This document shows positions 1 through 9,806 of a DNA stretch of 27,594 nt, one piece after another; position 1 is the first letter of the stretch, and every line of letters starts with the position of its first letter. The translations under genes were made by a program, and so were the position numbers. This DNA comes from Tubiluchus corallicola (lineage: Eukaryota > Animalia > Priapulida). The notes under the pieces are model-generated. The model made no database searches. It saw nothing but the letters and a program-made list of their open reading frames with translations, and was not told the DNA's origin. The stretch spans positions 1 through 27,594 of the forward strand of contig JAQGDQ010002463.1 in assembly GCA_030141605.1 (NCBI GenBank). The letters are read 5' to 3'.

Positions 1-271
1 AAATTTTAAAACAGTATCACAATTTTTATTTAATTTTTTATATACTCACCTATTTGTTACATATTATTTTGTTATTATTAGGATAATACTTGTATTCTTT
101 CTTCCAAATTTTTTTTATCATTTCTAAGTTACTTAGTAACAGCATATTGTAAATGGTTTTTTTTATAATTTTAAAGTATTTTGCCTTATTATAAACATAA
201 TAGACAAAATAATCAATATTCTTAGACAGTTAAACTTAATTTTGTTATGATATATAGTGCTTTCTTTATTT

Positions 272-998
272 TTAGTGAGACAATACTTTATCTAAAAATT
301 CTTTAGTTCTTTTGTGCTGTTGATCTTCAAATATATCCTTAGCACTTCCTTTTTCTAATATAACTCCTTCATCCATAAACAAAACTTTTGATGCAACATT
401 CTTTGCAAATCCCATTTCATGTGTAACAATCATCATGGTCATTCCTTCTTCAACAAGCTCACGTATTACATCAAGCACTTCTGTTACCATTTCAGGGTCA
501 AGGGCTGATGTTGGTTCATCAAAGAAGTATTTCAGGTTTCATGGCAAGAGCTCTTGCTATTGCTATTCTTTGCTTTTGACCTCCTGAAAGCTTGCTAGGG
601 TATGTATCTATTTTATCAACTAATCCTACTTTTTTTAATAAATCTATAGCTAAAATTTCAGCATCTTTTCTAGAAATTTGTTTTACTTTCATAGGTGCAA
701 GTGTAATATTTTCTAGTACTGTTTTATGAGGAAAAAGGTTAAAGTGTTGAAAAACCATTCCTACATTTTGTCTTATTTTATTAATGTTTATTTTATCATT
801 AACTATGTTTTTATTATTAATTAGTATAGAACCGATAGTTGGATCTTCCATCAAGTTTATACACCTAAGAAAAGTTGATTTTCCACTTCCTGATGGACCG
901 ATTATTGCTACAGTTTCTCCTTTTCTTATTTCCTCAGTTATACCTTTTAAAACATGTAATTCTCCAAAATTCTTGTGTAAGTTATCTATCTTAATCAC
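272..998 (-). CDS. Polar amino-acid ABC transporter ATP-binding protein (GlnQ/ArtP-like), split by a frameshift at ~521
   Basis: ORF 519..998 has Walker [11 protein letters not shown]-loop [10 protein letters not shown] and signature LSGGQKQR. It stops at KPEILL. The rest of Walker B and the D-loop ([10 protein letters not shown]) continue in another frame into ORF 272..490, which has the switch motif VTHEMGFA. Confidence 0.92.
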
Positions 999-1701
999 TT
1001 TCCTTCATCTTCCTTTCTAAAATTCGCATTAATTTAGTAAAAACTCCCACTAAGATAAAGTATATTAATCCAACTACAACCAAAGGTTCTATACCACGAT
1101 AAACTTGACTAGTTATAATATTAGCAGACCTAAGTAAGTCTACTCCTCCAATAAATCCAACAATTGAAGTCTCTTTTAATAATACAATGAATTCATTAAC
1201 TAATGTAGGTAGTATTCTTTTTATTGCTTGAGGTAGTATAACTTCTTTCATTGCTAATGGATATGACATCCCCAAAGACCTTGCTGCCTCCATCTGACCT
1301 TTAGGAAGTCCCTCTATTCCAGCTCTTATTATCTCTGCAATATATGCAGCGCTATTAACTCCAAAAGCTGTGAACGCAATTATAAATATTGGAGTTCCTT
1401 TTAACTTGCCAACAAATATAACAGAGTTTATAATCATAAGTTGTACTACTACAGGAGTACCCCTTATTAAGTCTATATATATTGTTGCAAAGCTATTTAA
1501 AGGATTAAAATTTTGTAATTTTTTTATTTTTTTAAATGGATAAAAATGTATTATCTTGAATAAAGCTAAGATCATTCCAACAGCTAGTCCTAAGGCAGCA
1601 GCACTTAAGGTTACAAAAAATGAAAAAAACAACCCATTTATAAGTACTTTATATCTTTCTCCTTCAATAAATATAAACTTTAAAGTTTCAAGGTATTCCA
1701 T
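991..1701 (-). CDS. Polar amino-acid ABC transporter permease (HisM/GlnP family)
   Basis: RGTP motif, EAA loop (AEIIRAGI...GQMEAARSLGM) and LLKETS, with hydrophobic helices. Overlaps the ATPase start by 8 nt. Confidence 0.93.
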   Translation of the reverse strand: MEYLETLKFIFIEGERYKVLINGLFFSFFVTLSAAALGLAVGMILALFKIIHFYPFKKIKKLQNFNPLNSFATIYIDLIRGTPVVVQLMIINSVIFVGKLKGTPIFIIAFTAFGVNSAAYIAEIIRAGIEGLPKGQMEAARSLGMSYPLAMKEVILPQAIKRILPTLVNEFIVLLKETSIVGFIGGVDLLRSANIITSQVYRGIEPLVVVGLIYFILVGVFTKLMRILERKMKESD

Positions 1702-1765
1702 ATAACATCATCCTTCCATGTTATTAAAAAAGCCAATTTCTTAAGCTATCTTCATATATTCTAAT

Positions 1766-1808
1766 TTATAAAACCCCCTATGGAATTTATGATAGAGGGT
1801 TTTTATAA
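1766..1808. terminator. Stem-loop between engB and the amino-acid permease (terminator or attenuator-like)
   Basis: Imperfect inverted repeat TTATAAAACCCCCTAT / ATAGAGGGTTTTTATAA with short T runs on both strands. Confidence 0.55.
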
Positions 1809-2019
1809 TCATATGCTCATAGAAATTTATTTCTAATCTTTTCAAATTTTATATACTAATTCAAAGTGATAGTATACTATTTTTAAATAAGTCAAGATAA
1901 ATAAAATTATAATTTAACCTTTTAAAATCGTATATTTATTTTAATAGTCATATTAAAATTATTTTAGTTGATTATCTATAATTTTTCATTTTTCATAATA
2001 TTTTAACTATCACTAAAGG

Positions 2020-2610
2020 CTAGCTTTTCTTATCTATTAAAGTATTAAAAATATAGTTAATAATAGGTTCTCTCCCCTTCTTTTTTAGCGATGAATGAAA
2101 AAATACATCTTCATTTTCAAATATAAGTTTTTCCCTAATGTTTTTTAGCGATTTAAACCTCTCATTATTAGAAAGCTTGTCAACTTTAGTAAAAATTATA
2201 TAATATTCAATACCATAATACTCTAACCACTCTAACATTGCCATATCTTCTGTACTTGGAGTTCTCCTTATGTCTAGTAGCAAAAAAACAACTTTTTCTC
2301 TTTGAGATGACAGGTAGCTACTTATAATATTCCCCCACTTAGATTTAATATAACTTGGAACTTTTGCAAATCCATAGCCAGGCAAGTCCACAAAATAAAA
2401 ATCACTATTTAGTAAGAAAAAATTTACAAGCTGGGTTCTCCCAGGAGTCTTACTCGTTCTAGCTAAGTTTTTTCTATTAGCTAAATTATTTATCAATGAA
2501 GATTTCCCAACATTTGATCTTCCTATAAAAGCAAACTCTATTTCTTTATTTTCTGGGTAATTAGATGAATCAACTGAAGAAGTTACAAATTCAGATCTAT
2601 ATATGTCCAC
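2020..2610 (-). CDS. engB: Ribosome biogenesis GTP-binding protein EngB/YihA/YsxC
   Basis: G1 GRSNVGKSS, G2 SKTPGRT, G3 DLPGYG, G4 TKVD. GTG start with AGGAGA RBS. Confidence 0.96.
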   Translation of the reverse strand: MDIYRSEFVTSSVDSSNYPENKEIEFAFIGRSNVGKSSLINNLANRKNLARTSKTPGRTQLVNFFLLNSDFYFVDLPGYGFAKVPSYIKSKWGNIISSYLSSQREKVVFLLLDIRRTPSTEDMAMLEWLEYYGIEYYIIFTKVDKLSNNERFKSLKNIREKLIFENEDVFFHSSLKKKGREPIINYIFNTLIDKKS

Positions 2611-2628
2611 TGTGTCTCCTTAATTTTA

Positions 2629-3240
2629 CTATAGGCTTTTTTTACTAACTGTGTCTATAAACCAGTTGTTGTCTATCTTTTGTAGTGTTATCACTCCGTC
2701 TACAGCATCATGCGGAATAGATGCAGGATTTATTTTTTCTTTTAAAACTATCATAATATCTCTAATATATGCATCCTGTACATAAAGATTTGTCATATCT
2801 TCGTTTTCGTATTCTGAAAATAATTCCTTTGCAATACTATGAGTATGTTCATTTATTACTTTTTCAATAGCTTTTTCATCTGGCATTGAAATAACAACAT
2901 CCATAGTAGCATTTTTCCTTCCTATATTACTATTTAAAATGCTATAAGTTGAAGCAGAAAATATGTGCGAAAAAGTATTTTGTATTTCATCTTTAGTCTC
3001 ATCTGTTATAACATTAGCAGACACTTTTTCATACATTTTTAATACATCTAAAAAACCTAAAGAGCTACTTTCTGTTACATATTCAGATAAAGCATCTGAA
3101 TCAAAAGATATTACATTTGAAAAAAAACTTTCAAATGTGTTTACAGCACCATTAGTATTAGATGTATTTTTAACTGAAGTATAGCTACATGAATAAAATA
3201 ATAAAATAGTAAAAAGAGTAAGAATTTTAGAAATTTTCAT
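2629..3240 (-). CDS. Hypothetical lipoprotein
   Basis: Signal peptide MKISKILTLFTILLFYSC ending in a lipobox-like Cys, with GGAGG RBS. The C-terminal LQKIDNNWFI resembles NTF2-like DUF lipoproteins. Confidence 0.7.
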   Translation of the reverse strand: MKISKILTLFTILLFYSCSYTSVKNTSNTNGAVNTFESFFSNVISFDSDALSEYVTESSSLGFLDVLKMYEKVSANVITDETKDEIQNTFSHIFSASTYSILNSNIGRKNATMDVVISMPDEKAIEKVINEHTHSIAKELFSEYENEDMTNLYVQDAYIRDIMIVLKEKINPASIPHDAVDGVITLQKIDNNWFIDTVSKKSL

Positions 3241-3287
3241 TTAAATTGTCCTCCTGTGCAGATAACTTTTATATAATATTGAATTAA

Positions 3288-3316
3288 ATTATACCATAGT
3301 AAAAATGATTTTACAA
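3288..3316 (-). promoter_or_regulatory. Sigma70-type promoter for the lipoprotein-engB unit
   Basis: Minus strand reads TTGTAA, 17 bp, TATAAT, with an extended TGn (TGGTATAAT). Confidence 0.55.
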
Positions 3317-3331
3317 TAAAACAACATAATA

Positions 3332-3340
3332 TGCTATAAT
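3332..3340 (+). promoter_or_regulatory. Extended -10 promoter for the FAD oxidoreductase (divergent)
   Basis: TGCTATAAT about 35 nt upstream of a TTG start that has an AAGGAG RBS. Confidence 0.5.
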
Positions 3341-3374
3341 TTAAAAAAATTAATTTAAAAATTAAGGAGTTACT

Positions 3375-4954
3375 TTGAAAATAAAGATAAGCAATATAAG
3401 AATTACCCCAAATGAAAATCAAGAAATAGCTATTGAAAGTAAACTAAAAAAACTTGGCTTAAATAAAAAGAACATAAAAAACATAAGTTACTTAAAAAAA
3501 TCTATTGATAGCAGAAATAAATTAAGGGTAACAATCATATATCAAATTTTAGTAGAAACAACTGAAAACATAAATATTAACAAAAATAAAAATATCTCTT
3601 TATATGAAGATACTAGGCAGGAAAGGTATGTCTCTAAAAATATAAAAGGTCAAATAGTAGTTGTAGGTACTGGACCTGCAGGACTATTTGCAAGCTTAAC
3701 ACTTGTAAAGCTAGGATATAAACCTATCATTATAGAAAGAGGAGAGAAAATAGAAAACAGAGTAAAAACTATAAAAAGATTTCAAAAAAATCTAAATTTA
3801 AATAGTGAATCAAATATACAATTTGGAGAAGGAGGAGCAGGGACATTTTCAGATGGTAAACTGACAACAGGAATAAAAAGTGGATATATAAATGAAATTT
3901 TTGAAGAATTATATGAAAATGGTGCAGGAAAGGAGATTCTTTATCATTATAAACCACATATGGTACAGATATTTTAAGAAAAGTTGTTAAAAATATAAGA
4001 GAAAAAATAATAACTTTAGGTGGAACATTTTTATTTAACACAAAATTAAAAAATATAAATATAGGAAATAATGCCATAAAATCAATTATTATAGAAAAAA
4101 ATAATATTGAGTCATCTATCAGTGTAGATCATTTATTGCTTTGTATAGGTCATAGTGCTAGAGATACATATAAAATGTTAAATAAAAAAGGACTATTAAT
4201 GGAGTCAAAGGATTTTGCTGTAGGAACTAGATTAGAACACTACAGAAGCAGTATAGATGAGATGCAATATGGTGATTATAGCGGAAATAAAGAGCTTGGG
4301 GCATCAAGTTATCATTTCACTTACAATAACAAAAATGAAGGTAGAGGGGTATTTAGCTTTTGTATGTGTCCTGGGGGAGAAGTAATTAATGCTACTTCTG
4401 CAGAAGGCAGGAATTTAGTAAATGGAATGAGTTATTCAAAAAGAAATGGCGAGTTTTCTAATGCAGCTATAGTGGTTGGTGTGAAGAAAAAAGACTTTGG
4501 AGATAATATTTTTTCAGGAATGGATTTTCAAGATGAGTTGGAAAAAAAAAGCTATCGCATAATAAAAAATTATGGTGCCTTATATCAAAATCTATTTGAC
4601 TATACTAGGAATAAAACTAGTAAAAAAATACATCATAGCAGCTATAAGATGCCTCTTTATTCCTATAATTTAAATAATTTTTTCCCAAAAACCATAAATG
4701 ATAATATGCTAAAAGCATTCAATTATTGGTCTAAGAACAAATTGTTCATATCCAAAAATGCATGGCTTATTGCTCCAGAAACAAGAACCTCTTCTCCTAT
4801 AAGAATACTTCGTAATAAATCTGGAGAATCAGTTAACATAAAATATATTTATCCAATTGGAGAAGGAGCTGGTTATGCTGGAGGAATAATAAGTTCAGCT
4901 GTTGACGCAATAAAGGTTGTTCACAATAATTTTGCAGTAAGATATTCTAAATAG
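3375..4954 (+). CDS. NAD(P)/FAD-dependent oxidoreductase (COG2509-type), split by a 1-nt deletion at ~3960
   Basis: Rossmann motif VVGTGPAG and FGEGGAGTFSDGKL. KPH(I)GTD is broken (CAT AT GGT ACA GAT). The frame then continues into GHSARD, FCMCPGG, ETRTSSP and GEGAGYAGGI of ORF 4136..4954. Confidence 0.9.
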
Positions 4955-4988
4955 ATATATTAATTTTATATATTAAATTATATATCTA
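4952..4988. terminator. AT-rich hairpin between convergent genes
   Basis: Imperfect inverted repeat TAGATATATTAATTT / AAATTATATATCTA fills the gap between the two stop codons. Confidence 0.35.
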
Positions 4989-5573
4989 TAACTCACTGTA
5001 TTTGTCGTAAAAAACTATTTTTTCCATAGTTTTTTTATCTCTAAAATGAAGATTTGTTTTGGGATATCCAAATGCTATAATTTCAGAAACAAAGCAGTTT
5101 TTAGGTAGATTTACTAGCTTAGAAGTTTTTTCTACATCAAAATAGGAAATCCATGTAGAATACACGCCGTGCTCAAGGGCAACAAGGCTCATCTGAGTAC
5201 CAGGTATTTTACTTTGGTGTTCTTCTAAGTTTAAAAACATAAAAAGATCTCTATTCATAATTTTTATGCTTGTTTCATATTCAGGAAAGCGCTTCATTTG
5301 AGTTTTCCTACCACCTTTCTCATCTTCTATAGCTGTAACGCAAAGAAGAATAAGTAGTGGAGATGTTTTTATCCAATTTTGATTATACGATAACTCAGCT
5401 ATTTTATTAATTATACTTTTTTCTCTAATTACTCCAAATTTCCATGGTTGTTCATTTTTTCCTGATGGAGATAGCCTGCCTACTTCTAATATTTCATTTA
5501 AAACTTTGTCAGGTATTCTTCTATCTCTAAAGTTTCTTACACTACACCTTTTTCTTATTAAATCTAGTACCAT
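4986..5573 (-). CDS. Nitroreductase family protein
   Basis: RCSVRNF, LSPSGKNEQPWKF, GVYSTWI and IAFGYP motifs. Likely start is the ATG at 5573 after a G-rich RBS. Confidence 0.9.
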   Translation of the reverse strand: MVLDLIRKRCSVRNFRDRRIPDKVLNEILEVGRLSPSGKNEQPWKFGVIREKSIINKIAELSYNQNWIKTSPLLILLCVTAIEDEKGGRKTQMKRFPEYETSIKIMNRDLFMFLNLEEHQSKIPGTQMSLVALEHGVYSTWISYFDVEKTSKLVNLPKNCFVSEIIAFGYPKTNLHFRDKKTMEKIVFYDKYSEL

Positions 5574-5635
5574 ACCCCACCCCTTTAGCTTATTTAATAA
5601 TATATGCATAACATACTTAAAATATTGAAAAAATT

Positions 5636-5665
5636 TTGACTTTTGTTTAAATTATATACTATAAT
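5636..5665 (+). promoter_or_regulatory. Putative sigma70 promoter
   Basis: TTGACT, 18 bp, TATAAT, upstream of ORF 5827. Confidence 0.4.
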
Positions 5666-5826
5666 TATAATGGAAAAATAGAAATAAAATCAATAATTTT
5701 TATTAAATTTTATTATAAAATAAATTAATTACCCTAAATCATTAATTAAGCAAAATTGTAGTAACGTTTACTTTAACTTATTCTAACTACAAAACAAACT
5801 TAATAAGCATTAAATAAGGAGAAAAA

Positions 5827-6234
5827 ATGACAATAGTCAAATGGATAAAAAATGTAAATAAATCAAAACTAGATTTAAATTGTTCAGAAAAGATATTATA
5901 CGGTGCAAATGAATCCTACAATTTAGGTTTGTCAAAAAATATACTTAAAATCGCAGCAGGATTTGGCGGAGGAATGGGAATTGAAGATACTTGTGGAATA
6001 ATAACAGGCGGAGTAATGGCTCTTAGTTTAGCTTTTGTTGAAAATGTTGGTCATGGATCAAATATAAAAGAATACACAAGAAGATTTATAAATGAATTTA
6101 AAGATAATATGGAAAACTCCATAACTTGTGATGTTTTGAAAGATAAATATTATACAGAAGAAAAAAAATGTGATGACTTAATTTTAAAAGGAGCAGAAAT
6201 TTTAGATAAAATATTTCAAGAAAATAAATTATAA
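5827..6234 (+). CDS. C-GCAxxG-C-C family putative redox protein
   Basis: NCSE, GFGGGMG..DTCGIITGG, SITC and a late Cys. AAGGAG RBS. Confidence 0.88.
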   Translation: MTIVKWIKNVNKSKLDLNCSEKILYGANESYNLGLSKNILKIAAGFGGGMGIEDTCGIITGGVMALSLAFVENVGHGSNIKEYTRRFINEFKDNMENSITCDVLKDKYYTEEKKCDDLILKGAEILDKIFQENKL

Positions 6235-6333
6235 CTACCTTTAAATATTTTGTAAATCTTATAAAGGGCAACTTTATAAGATCATTTTATTAAAATTAAA
6301 TTCCAGATGTTGTTATAAGTTTAATCTTTTTAC

Positions 6334-6358
6334 AGAGATCATTTTGATCTCTTTTTTT
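6334..6358 (+). terminator. Rho-independent terminator
   Basis: AGAGATCA-ttt-TGATCTCT followed by a T tract, about 100 nt after the stop. Confidence 0.7.
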
Positions 6359-6847
6359 ATTTTTAACGTTATTAGCCTACAGCTACTTTATCAACATTTT
6401 ATTTTATTACAATTTTGCTTTATATCCATATCTTAAATAACAAAATCTATATTACGTTTGTGATAAATATTTTATTTATTTTAACTTATAGGTTTATATA
6501 TTATTTTAACGTTATAATTACTTTTCAATAGTAAATACTTATTCTTAGTTTATTTTAATTATTTAATCTCTAAACAATTTTTTATATGTTATCATTTTTT
6601 TTAATCTTATTGTTTTATTATCACTTAGTATTTTACTTATTTTACATATATTTGGTAATAACATACTTCTTTAAAAATATTGCTATAATCAAAGAAATCT
6701 CTTTAACATATAACTACAAGAATCAAAATTTTAAATTTATTTTATAAAAAAATATCTATCTATATACTTAATAAAGTATGATTATTTAATATAATGCTAT
6801 AATACTTAATATATGTATACATATTAATTAAATTAAAGGATGCTGGC

Positions 6848-6876
6848 TTGCTCAAATATACATCAGTTGCTATAAT
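6848..6876 (+). promoter_or_regulatory. Sigma70 promoter of the Lol-like operon
   Basis: TTGCTC, 17 bp, TATAAT with extended TGn. Two more TGCTATAAT copies lie at 6681 and 6795. Confidence 0.55.
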
Positions 6877-6942
6877 TTAAATATATAACATTAAAAGTTG
6901 ATAAAAGTAACTAATGAAGAGTTATAAGAAGGTGTGTTCCTT

Positions 6943-7908
6943 ATGAAGAAACAAATAATAATGTTATTAATGCTTTTTACTTTTAATATAAAATATAGTT
7001 TTGGAGAATTCGATATAGTAGGTGAGTTTAATGGAAGCTATAGGTTTCAAAATAGCAAGGACAATGTATTTGATTACGACTATATTTTTTCAGGAGAGTA
7101 TTATAATAAAAATCTCTATAGTAACATTGCCTTAAATCTTACAGATGATAATGATAAATTTCTAGAGATAGACAAGCTATTTGTAGAATTATACAAAGAT
7201 GACCTCATAGCAACGGTAGGTAGACAACCTATTTATTGGGGGAGTTCGTATATATTTAACGGAGCAAATATATTTAACCCTATAGATTTAGAAAAGCCTG
7301 AGGAAGAAAAAAATGGCACTGACGCTTTAACACTGAGATACGATATTAATGATACTTCAAGGTTAGAGGGACTTTTATTTAAAAATGATGAAGTTGACGA
7401 TAACTTTGGTTTTAGATATACATTTTTAGTAGATCAATTTGAGTTTATGGCTAATTACTTTAATTATAAAAGTTTTGATAAAGAGAAGGTAAAGAATAAT
7501 GATGTTGTATTGGAATTTAAAGGAGATGTAGGAGTAGGACTTTGGGGGCAGTACGTATATAGAGATAGAAATGGTGAAGTATATGACACTTACGTTTTAG
7601 GAAGCGACTATAGTTTTTCAATAAAGGATAAACCTTTGTATACCTTAGTAGAAGGAATGTATAACCATAAAACAAAAGATAAAAATTTGTATGTAACTTA
7701 TCAATATCAATTATTTGATTATATAAGTTTTTCTCAAAGTGCTTTACTTGATACAAAAGATTCGTATTTTATTAATTCAAATATAGAATATCAATATAAT
7801 GATAATACAACACTTGAATTTGGATATAATTACTATAATAATTTTAATAATAGAGTAGATAATGACATAGAAGATGAAATATATGTAAAAATGAATACTT
7901 TTTTTTAG
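6943..7908 (+). CDS. Putative outer-membrane beta-barrel protein
   Basis: Signal peptide MKKQIIMLLMLF and the porin-like GRQPIYWG motif. Tyr/Phe-rich alternating strands and a C-terminal Phe (VKMNTFF). Alternative start is the GTG at 6934. Confidence 0.72.
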   Translation: MKKQIIMLLMLFTFNIKYSFGEFDIVGEFNGSYRFQNSKDNVFDYDYIFSGEYYNKNLYSNIALNLTDDNDKFLEIDKLFVELYKDDLIATVGRQPIYWGSSYIFNGANIFNPIDLEKPEEEKNGTDALTLRYDINDTSRLEGLLFKNDEVDDNFGFRYTFLVDQFEFMANYFNYKSFDKEKVKNNDVVLEFKGDVGVGLWGQYVYRDRNGEVYDTYVLGSDYSFSIKDKPLYTLVEGMYNHKTKDKNLYVTYQYQLFDYISFSQSALLDTKDSYFINSNIEYQYNDNTTLEFGYNYYNNFNNRVDNDIEDEIYVKMNTFF

Positions 7909-7926
7909 AATTTTTTTGGAGGAAAA

Positions 7927-8607
7927 ATGGCTATTGTATTATTAGAGAAAGTAGTGAAAAATTATAAGAGCTACAAAATAATAGTACCAGCAATAAAAAA
8001 CATAGATTTGACAATAAGTAAAGGTGAATTTTCAGTACTAGCAGGGCCTTCAGGATCAGGAAAAACAACACTTCTAAATATAATAGGGGCTATGGACAAA
8101 ATAACCTCAGGTAAAGTTGTAGTGGATAATAAAGACATATCAATACTTTCTAGAAAAGAAGCAGCTATTTTTAGAAGGGATAAAATAGGGTTTATTTTTC
8201 AAAGTTTTAATTTAATTCCAGTATTAAGTGTTTATGAAAATATAGAATTTTCTCTTGATTTGTTAAAAAAGTATAATAAAAAAGAGAAAAAGGCAAAAGT
8301 GGATTTTATTTTAAAAGAACTTGGTATATATGAATTAAGAAATAGAAAACCTTCAGAAATTTCAGGAGGACAGAAGCAAAGAGTGGCAGTGGGGAGAGCT
8401 TTAATAAAAAAACCTACCCTCATATTAGCTGATGAGCCTACAGCAAATCTTGATAGTAAAACAGGTGAAGGTATATTGGATCTAATGAAAGAACTAAATG
8501 AAAATTATAATATAACTTTTATTTTTTCATCTCATGATACCAAAATAATAGAAAGAGCAGAAAGAGTTATAAAATTGAAAGATGGAATGTTGGAAGAAGG
8601 AGAATAA
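7927..8607 (+). CDS. ABC ATP-binding protein, LolD/MacB-type
   Basis: GPSGSGKTT, IGFIFQSFNLIP, ISGGQKQR, LADEPTANLD and SSHD. Confidence 0.93.
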   Translation: MAIVLLEKVVKNYKSYKIIVPAIKNIDLTISKGEFSVLAGPSGSGKTTLLNIIGAMDKITSGKVVVDNKDISILSRKEAAIFRRDKIGFIFQSFNLIPVLSVYENIEFSLDLLKKYNKKEKKAKVDFILKELGIYELRNRKPSEISGGQKQRVAVGRALIKKPTLILADEPTANLDSKTGEGILDLMKELNENYNITFIFSSHDTKIIERAERVIKLKDGMLEEGE

Positions 8608-8608
8608 C

Positions 8609-9796
8609 ATGCTTTTAAAGACTGCTTTTAGAAATATATTTCGTCATAAAAAAAGAACAACTCTAACTCTAATAACAATGATTTTTGGGATTTTTTTAGC
8701 TGTTATTGGTGAAGGGTTAACTTCTGGCATAGAGAAACAAATTACAACGCTTTATATAAAATCAGATATAGCATTATATAAAATATATGGCAAAAACTTT
8801 TATGAAGAAAAAGAAGATAACGATAAATTAGAATATTCAATTGATGATACTAAAATCTATGAAATTTTAGAAGGAAAAAAACATTCTAAAAGAATTGTAT
8901 TTGATGGTTCAATTACAAATGCTAAAGAAGAATTAAATGTAAGATTTATAGCAGTTAACTCCAAAGAAGAAAATACTGTTTTTGAAAGAAATAAAGACAC
9001 AGTAAAAGGAAATTTCTTAGTAAATGAGGGAGAAGTAGTTTTAGGAATAGAGCTTGCTTCCCTACTCAATGTAGACATAGGAGACAATGTAACAATAATA
9101 GCTAGAACTAGCACAAAAGCTATAAATGCTATGGACTTATCAATTGGAGGTTTAATAAAAACAGGGAACCCAATAATGGACAGTAATAGTGTGTTTTTAG
9201 AAAGAGAATTTGCTAAAAGTTTTATTGAATTAGAAAATTATAATGATATTGCCATTGGAAGTTTACTTTCAGAAGATGAAATATCTAAAATATCAAAACT
9301 GAATATAGATTTTATACCTTGGACCATAGAAACTAGAGACTTAATAACTTTAACTAATATTAGAAGAAAAGCTTTGTCAATTATTAGTTTGATAATACTA
9401 TTAATGTCTGGTGTTACAATTGCTAATACTATGTTAATGGCAATGCTTGAAAGGAAAAAAGAAATAGGTATAATGATGGCAAATGGAATGAGTCGTTTAG
9501 AGATACTTAGATTATTTTTATACGAAGGAATGATAGCAGGGTCTTTAGGGAGCTTTTTAGGATTTTTATTAGGAAGTATATTCGTATTATACTATCAAAA
9601 GTATGGTATAAGTTTTGGAGTAGATAGTACTGACCTGGGTGTGTCCATACCTTTTACCAATAGGTTATTTCTACATTATGATTTAATTAAATCATTTTTA
9701 TATTTTAATGTTGGAGTTATTTTTTCTTTAATATCCACTTTATATCCAGCAGTTAAAGCTACAAAAATGAATCCAGTTGAAATAATACGAGATTAG
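8609..9796 (+). CDS. FtsX/LolC-LolE-type ABC permease 1
   Basis: AFRNIFRHKKRT, one TM, a large periplasmic domain, then ERKKEIGIMMANG and three TMs ending YPA..A..MNPVE. ATG at 8609 is coupled to the ATPase stop. Confidence 0.9.
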   Translation: MLLKTAFRNIFRHKKRTTLTLITMIFGIFLAVIGEGLTSGIEKQITTLYIKSDIALYKIYGKNFYEEKEDNDKLEYSIDDTKIYEILEGKKHSKRIVFDGSITNAKEELNVRFIAVNSKEENTVFERNKDTVKGNFLVNEGEVVLGIELASLLNVDIGDNVTIIARTSTKAINAMDLSIGGLIKTGNPIMDSNSVFLEREFAKSFIELENYNDIAIGSLLSEDEISKISKLNIDFIPWTIETRDLITLTNIRRKALSIISLIILLMSGVTIANTMLMAMLERKKEIGIMMANGMSRLEILRLFLYEGMIAGSLGSFLGFLLGSIFVLYYQKYGISFGVDSTDLGVSIPFTNRLFLHYDLIKSFLYFNVGVIFSLISTLYPAVKATKMNPVEIIRD

Positions 9797-9806
9797 GTGA
9801 CATATT

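Noticed and set aside
1-271. Start of a further minus-strand gene running off the left edge
   Set aside because: An AGGTGA RBS-like site lies near 47-52, but there is no canonical start codon at the right spacing and too little sequence to support a call.
6235-6933. Replication origin
   Set aside because: AT-rich, but with no cluster of TTATCCACA boxes (only isolated mismatched ones) and no dnaA or rep gene nearby.
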